Below the pieces are notes generated by a model, which made no database searches, was not told the origin of the DNA, and worked only from the letters and a program-made list of their open reading frames with translations. A stretch of DNA of 64,000 bases. Source: Nitrospiraceae bacterium (GTDB taxonomy: Bacteria > Nitrospirota > Nitrospiria > Nitrospirales > Nitrospiraceae). The DNA lies in the NCBI GenBank assembly GCA_037442105.1, contig JBBIQV010000001.1:62001-126000 (forward strand), in the 5' to 3' direction. Positions 60,158 through 64,000 of this stretch are shown one piece after another. Within the stretch, counting starts at the first letter, position 1, and every line of letters begins with the position of its first letter. The position numbers were made by a program, and so were the translations under genes.

Positions 60158-60990
60158 CACACCTGACGGCAGCGATGCTCAAGAGCCGCATCGACCAGAT
60201 CGGCGAGCTTCCTACGCTCCCGCACGTCGTACAGAAGATTGCCTCAATGATCGGGCAGCCGACGACCTCCGCGGAAGACCTCGGTCAGCTCATCGAAAGG
60301 GATCAGGTCTTATCGGCAAAAGTGCTCCGGCTCGCCAACTCCCCGTTCTACGGATTTCCGGCCCGTATTGCCTCAGTGGCGCACGCCGTCGTGGTGCTTG
60401 GGCTCAACGTCGTCAAAGGCCTTACGTTGTGCGCGACCGCCTTCGATATGATGAAGGCGGCCGGCATGGATCAACTCTGGCGCCACTCCCTCGGAGTCGC
60501 CATGACCGCCCATATCCTCGGTGCTCGCGCGCAGATGAAAAACCCCGAGGAGGTCTTTGTAGCAGGCCTGCTGCACGACATCGGGAAAGTTGTCCTGTAT
60601 GTGAAATGGCCGGATGTCGGCAGTCAGGTGGAGCGAGCGGCTCGGGAGAAAGACGGATTCATGCTGGAGGCAGAACGGGAATTGCTGGAACTGACCCACG
60701 CCGACATTGGAGGCTTACTCGCCACGTCGTGGCACTTGCCGGTGTCGCTGCGAGAGCCGATCATGTACCACCACAATCCCACATCGGCGCAAGAAGCGGC
60801 CCTGCAGTCGGCCATCGTGCACGTGGCGGATATCCTCGTAAAAGGGCTCGCCTGCGGCCATTCCGGTGATGACCTGATTCCTCCGCTCTGTCACGACGCC
60901 TGGGCGCTGCTCAATCTCAACGAAAACGAGCTCTCCGCTTGCCTGGACAAAGCGGCAGAGGAGTTTCACACGATTGATGATTACCTATGA
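60154..60990 (+). CDS. HDOD domain protein
   Basis: LPTLP, KVLRLANSPFYG, LWRHS, GLLHDIGK, WHLP, YHH. Confidence 0.92.
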   Translation: MTHLTAAMLKSRIDQIGELPTLPHVVQKIASMIGQPTTSAEDLGQLIERDQVLSAKVLRLANSPFYGFPARIASVAHAVVVLGLNVVKGLTLCATAFDMMKAAGMDQLWRHSLGVAMTAHILGARAQMKNPEEVFVAGLLHDIGKVVLYVKWPDVGSQVERAAREKDGFMLEAERELLELTHADIGGLLATSWHLPVSLREPIMYHHNPTSAQEAALQSAIVHVADILVKGLACGHSGDDLIPPLCHDAWALLNLNENELSACLDKAAEEFHTIDDYL

Positions 60991-61970
60991 TGACGGGCGC
61001 GAATGGGACTCGGCGCGTCTTGCTGTTCCACAGCGATCCAGAGGAAGTCGCGCGCTTGTCTGCTGCGCTCGAGCAAAACGGGTTTGGGGTCACGCCTTGC
61101 GAAGTCGGAAGAGTGACCATCGATGAATTCTTCCACCATCCCCCGTGTCTGGTCGTCGTCGCAGAGGGAGCCGGCGGCCGTTCGGTCGAAACCCTTGCGC
61201 GCGACCTGAAAGCAGATCCGTTTCTCGGCCGGCTCCCGCTTGTCGCCTTCATTCGGGACATCCGCGTGAACGACATCGATTGGGCCTCTTTAGGAATCGA
61301 CGACTACATCGGCATCCCTTACAACTTGGCCGAAGTGGTACAACGGCTGCGGCTGTGTCTGAGCCGCCTGGCGCGTTCGCTGGACGCCAACCCGCTCACG
61401 CGCCTGCCCGGTAATACGACCATCCTGTTCGAAACCACCCGCCGCATCGAGAGCGGGAAACCCTTCGCGCTGGCTTACCTGGATATCGACAATTTCAAGT
61501 CGTTCAATGACCGATACGGCTACGCACGGGGCGACGAAGTTCTGGGCGTCGCCTGCCGGCTTCTGACTACCGTGGTCAGCGAACTGGCCGGATCCGATGG
61601 CTTCGTCGGCCATGTGGGCGGAGATGACTTCGTATTCATGAGCACTCCCGGCATCATCGACGCCCTCTGCCGGACCGTGATCAAACGTTTCGATTTAGTG
61701 ATCCCGGACTTCTACGACCGGGACGATCGTCTACGGGGGTACATCGATTCCGTAGACCGGCGAGGCAACCACGAGCAATTCCCGATCATGAGCTTATCCA
61801 TCGCCGTCGTCACGAACGAGCATCAAGCTATCACCCACCCAGGCGACGTCAGCAAGATCGCATCCGAGCTCAAGAAGGCGGCCAAAGCCGTAAAGGGCAG
61901 TGTCTACGTGAAAGACCGGCGCGGCGCTCAAGGAGATCAGAGGTCCGACACCTCAAGCGTTCATGACTAA
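60987..61970 (+). CDS. Receiver-like + GGDEF domain protein
   Basis: NPLTRLPGN, DIDNFKSFNDRYG, HVGGDDF. Confidence 0.9.
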   Translation: MMTGANGTRRVLLFHSDPEEVARLSAALEQNGFGVTPCEVGRVTIDEFFHHPPCLVVVAEGAGGRSVETLARDLKADPFLGRLPLVAFIRDIRVNDIDWASLGIDDYIGIPYNLAEVVQRLRLCLSRLARSLDANPLTRLPGNTTILFETTRRIESGKPFALAYLDIDNFKSFNDRYGYARGDEVLGVACRLLTTVVSELAGSDGFVGHVGGDDFVFMSTPGIIDALCRTVIKRFDLVIPDFYDRDDRLRGYIDSVDRRGNHEQFPIMSLSIAVVTNEHQAITHPGDVSKIASELKKAAKAVKGSVYVKDRRGAQGDQRSDTSSVHD

Positions 61971-61976
61971 TGTGGG

Positions 61977-62360
61977 TTAGAGGCAGGGTTCGAAGTCGTC
62001 GTGGTCCTGTGGAGAGAATTGGTTGCCGACTTGGTACACGTATCCAGGAGTGAATCCGCCCGCTTGCCTGTCCGAGGTACGACATAGGACGGCCGCACAC
62101 TTCAAACAATGCTGAATCCCTTCCCACGAGACCTCCCCCGCCAGGTGTTGGATCACCCGAGTCGGCGTCTCGCACTGTTCCGGCATGAGAACTTTCCGTA
62201 CTTCTGACACCAGTCGGTTCGCGTGGTCCGAGCGGGTCAGCTCCGACCCATCCAGCACCAGCACCAGAAGACCCAATGCCCGGACCGGATCTCCCTGCGC
62301 CTCCTCCAACAGTCGTTGAGCGAAGGCTTGCACCTTGCTCTGAATATGTTGTTGGTCCAT
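61977..62360 (-). CDS. Hypothetical protein
   Basis: AAGGA RBS; CLKC motif. Confidence 0.55.
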   Translation of the reverse strand: MDQQHIQSKVQAFAQRLLEEAQGDPVRALGLLVLVLDGSELTRSDHANRLVSEVRKVLMPEQCETPTRVIQHLAGEVSWEGIQHCLKCAAVLCRTSDRQAGGFTPGYVYQVGNQFSPQDHDDFEPCL

Positions 62361-63337
62361 CAGCAGAATCCTTTCGTCAGACTCCTCCTCACTACTTGCC
62401 ATTGATGAGACGTGAAGCTGGCTGCCACCAGAGACGTTCCATCAAGTCTATCGGCTCTATTCTCCGAAACGTGAGCCGGACATCTATGAAAGTATAGCTC
62501 ATACGAGAGAGAGGGAACCCGGAGGTCCTCCCGAAGAGAAAGTTGCACCATGTACAAGCAGGGTTTGGCCGGCAAAGCCTACGCTGGCAGTGTGTGAATC
62601 AGGGCCATTTGGACAGTGCAAACTAGAGCCATAAGAATGGGATATATCATTCTTGACAATCATCAGCATCCTGTGGCATTGATGCCAGTACCCTACCATT
62701 AATTGTAGGTTGAAGATCGGCTTATATCATCGTAATCGAGCGTATTGACCTATTATACATACCGTGCACCACATTTATTCTCGCAGTTCACGCACGCCGA
62801 GCTTTTTCTTTCTGAGCACGGGTGCGTGTGTCCTCACAGCGTGGGCTCCACAATGTAACAAGGAGTAATTCTAACCCCACCACGGTCGAGATCTACGCGG
62901 GAGGTGTCGTTACGGAGCGTGTAAACCTCACCTCGATGAAGACCCAACCTGGCCGTCCGGCGACGCAGGCGCTGGCAAAGTCGGTCACGACGCGGTCTCG
63001 CGTTCGTTTGGTCACTACCCCCTCCCCTTCTCGTAAAAAAGCTTGGATCAACCCACAAGCTGACCGGCAACGACGACTGAAGACACACCTCATTATTCTC
63101 CAATCATATGCAGGGCGGATCATGTAGCGACCGAGGAGAACGGCACATGTGCGGGCGCGGTTCGAGTCGACCATGCCAATTCCATAGGACCTACGCCGGA
63201 TCCCTACAGTTCGGAACGGCAATCTCTTCATCCTCTTCATCGTCACGCGCCCCGCCCAGGCTCTATAAGTTGCCCTGATTTGCTAAGCATTAACCACGTT
63301 GACCATCGAGCGCAGACTCGTGAGATGAGAGGAGCCT

Positions 63338-64000
63338 ATGGACACGACGCCCACTGATCTGATGAAGGATCTCGATAGCATCACGCAAACGTTCTCGCAG
63401 CTCAGTCAACGCCTCTCCGAAGTCGCTGACCAGGTTCGCACCCAAGGGATACCGCCCACTGAGGGGTTACTGGAAGAACTCGCCACCTCGCGGCGAAATT
63501 TTGCGGAACTCCGCGATCGGGCCATTGAGCTCGCCGGGTTGCTTACTGCGGCCCCCGCCAAGACACCGGAAGAAATCGGCTCCATCAAGGAACTCGAAGC
63601 CCTCCTCCAATCCGTCACAGAGGCGCAAGCGAAAAAGGCGACAGACGACAAGCTTCGCGAACGAGCCCTCACGGTCCTCGATCGCATCCTTTCACTCACG
63701 CATCGCGATCTGCCTGAATTTGCCCCATTGCTCGAATGCCAAGTGAAAGCCGAAGAGCTGCGGAACGCTGTCATGGCAACCGCCTGGCCTGACACTCACC
63801 CTGATACCTCTGCGCTCGCCCACGGGCGGCATCCGCTTGCCGAGCTGTTGACGCTGGTCGAAGGACACGACGATCTGGACGACGATCTGTGGCTTTTGTT
63901 GAAACACGCGGTGGCGGAAGGATTTGGAAAATCTCTGGCGTTGAGCGCAGCCCGCGGGAAGCTTCTCTTCGGAAGCCGACCGAACGGCCAAATGAATAGA
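63338..64000 (+). CDS. Hypothetical alpha-helical protein, runs off the window edge
   Basis: GAGGAG RBS, ATG at 63338, open frame MDTTPTDLMKDLDS... to the end; absent from ORF track. Confidence 0.75.
   Translation, partial: MDTTPTDLMKDLDSITQTFSQLSQRLSEVADQVRTQGIPPTEGLLEELATSRRNFAELRDRAIELAGLLTAAPAKTPEEIGSIKELEALLQSVTEAQAKKATDDKLRERALTVLDRILSLTHRDLPEFAPLLECQVKAEELRNAVMATAWPDTHPDTSALAHGRHPLAELLTLVEGHDDLDDDLWLLLKHAVAEGFGKSLALSAARGKLLFGSRPNGQMNR

Noticed and set aside
62400..63337. Small ORFs and palindrome TGGCATTGATGCCA in an AT-rich intergenic region
   Set aside because: Probably regulatory, but no ORF or site could be assigned with confidence.

Overview
Gene-dense bacterial chromosome segment. 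Its gene content (HEAT-repeat cluster, several FGE/SUMF1-like proteins, DUF3015/DUF4105, many small exported proteins) resembles Nitrospira/Nitrospirota; this taxonomy is inferred. Housekeeping-type genes (hemD, tdh-kbl, vacJ/mlaA, yceI, epimerase, adh, M48, AIM24) alternate with two accessory zones. The first (about 14.9-25 kb) holds a heavily deleted czcCBA remnant, an otsA remnant beside intact otsB, two divergent paralogous 'FHPP' small proteins and two inverted 188-bp MITEs. The second (about 37-50 kb) holds two Phd/VapC pairs, two exported caspase-family proteases with lipoprotein partners, an AAA+DUF4143 ATPase, REP/MITE clusters and two displaced 3'-gene duplicates. No rRNA, tRNA, CRISPR array, integrase or transposase gene was seen. 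The most striking unexplained signal is about 10 intergenic elements made of 7-nt tandem-repeat arms in inverted orientation. They sit at gene junctions, often containing the upstream stop codon. Two enclose a four-helix-bundle (IVS/Avd-like) gene, one encloses a REP-like palindrome, and the rest are empty. All product calls come from motif recognition by eye; no database searches were run.
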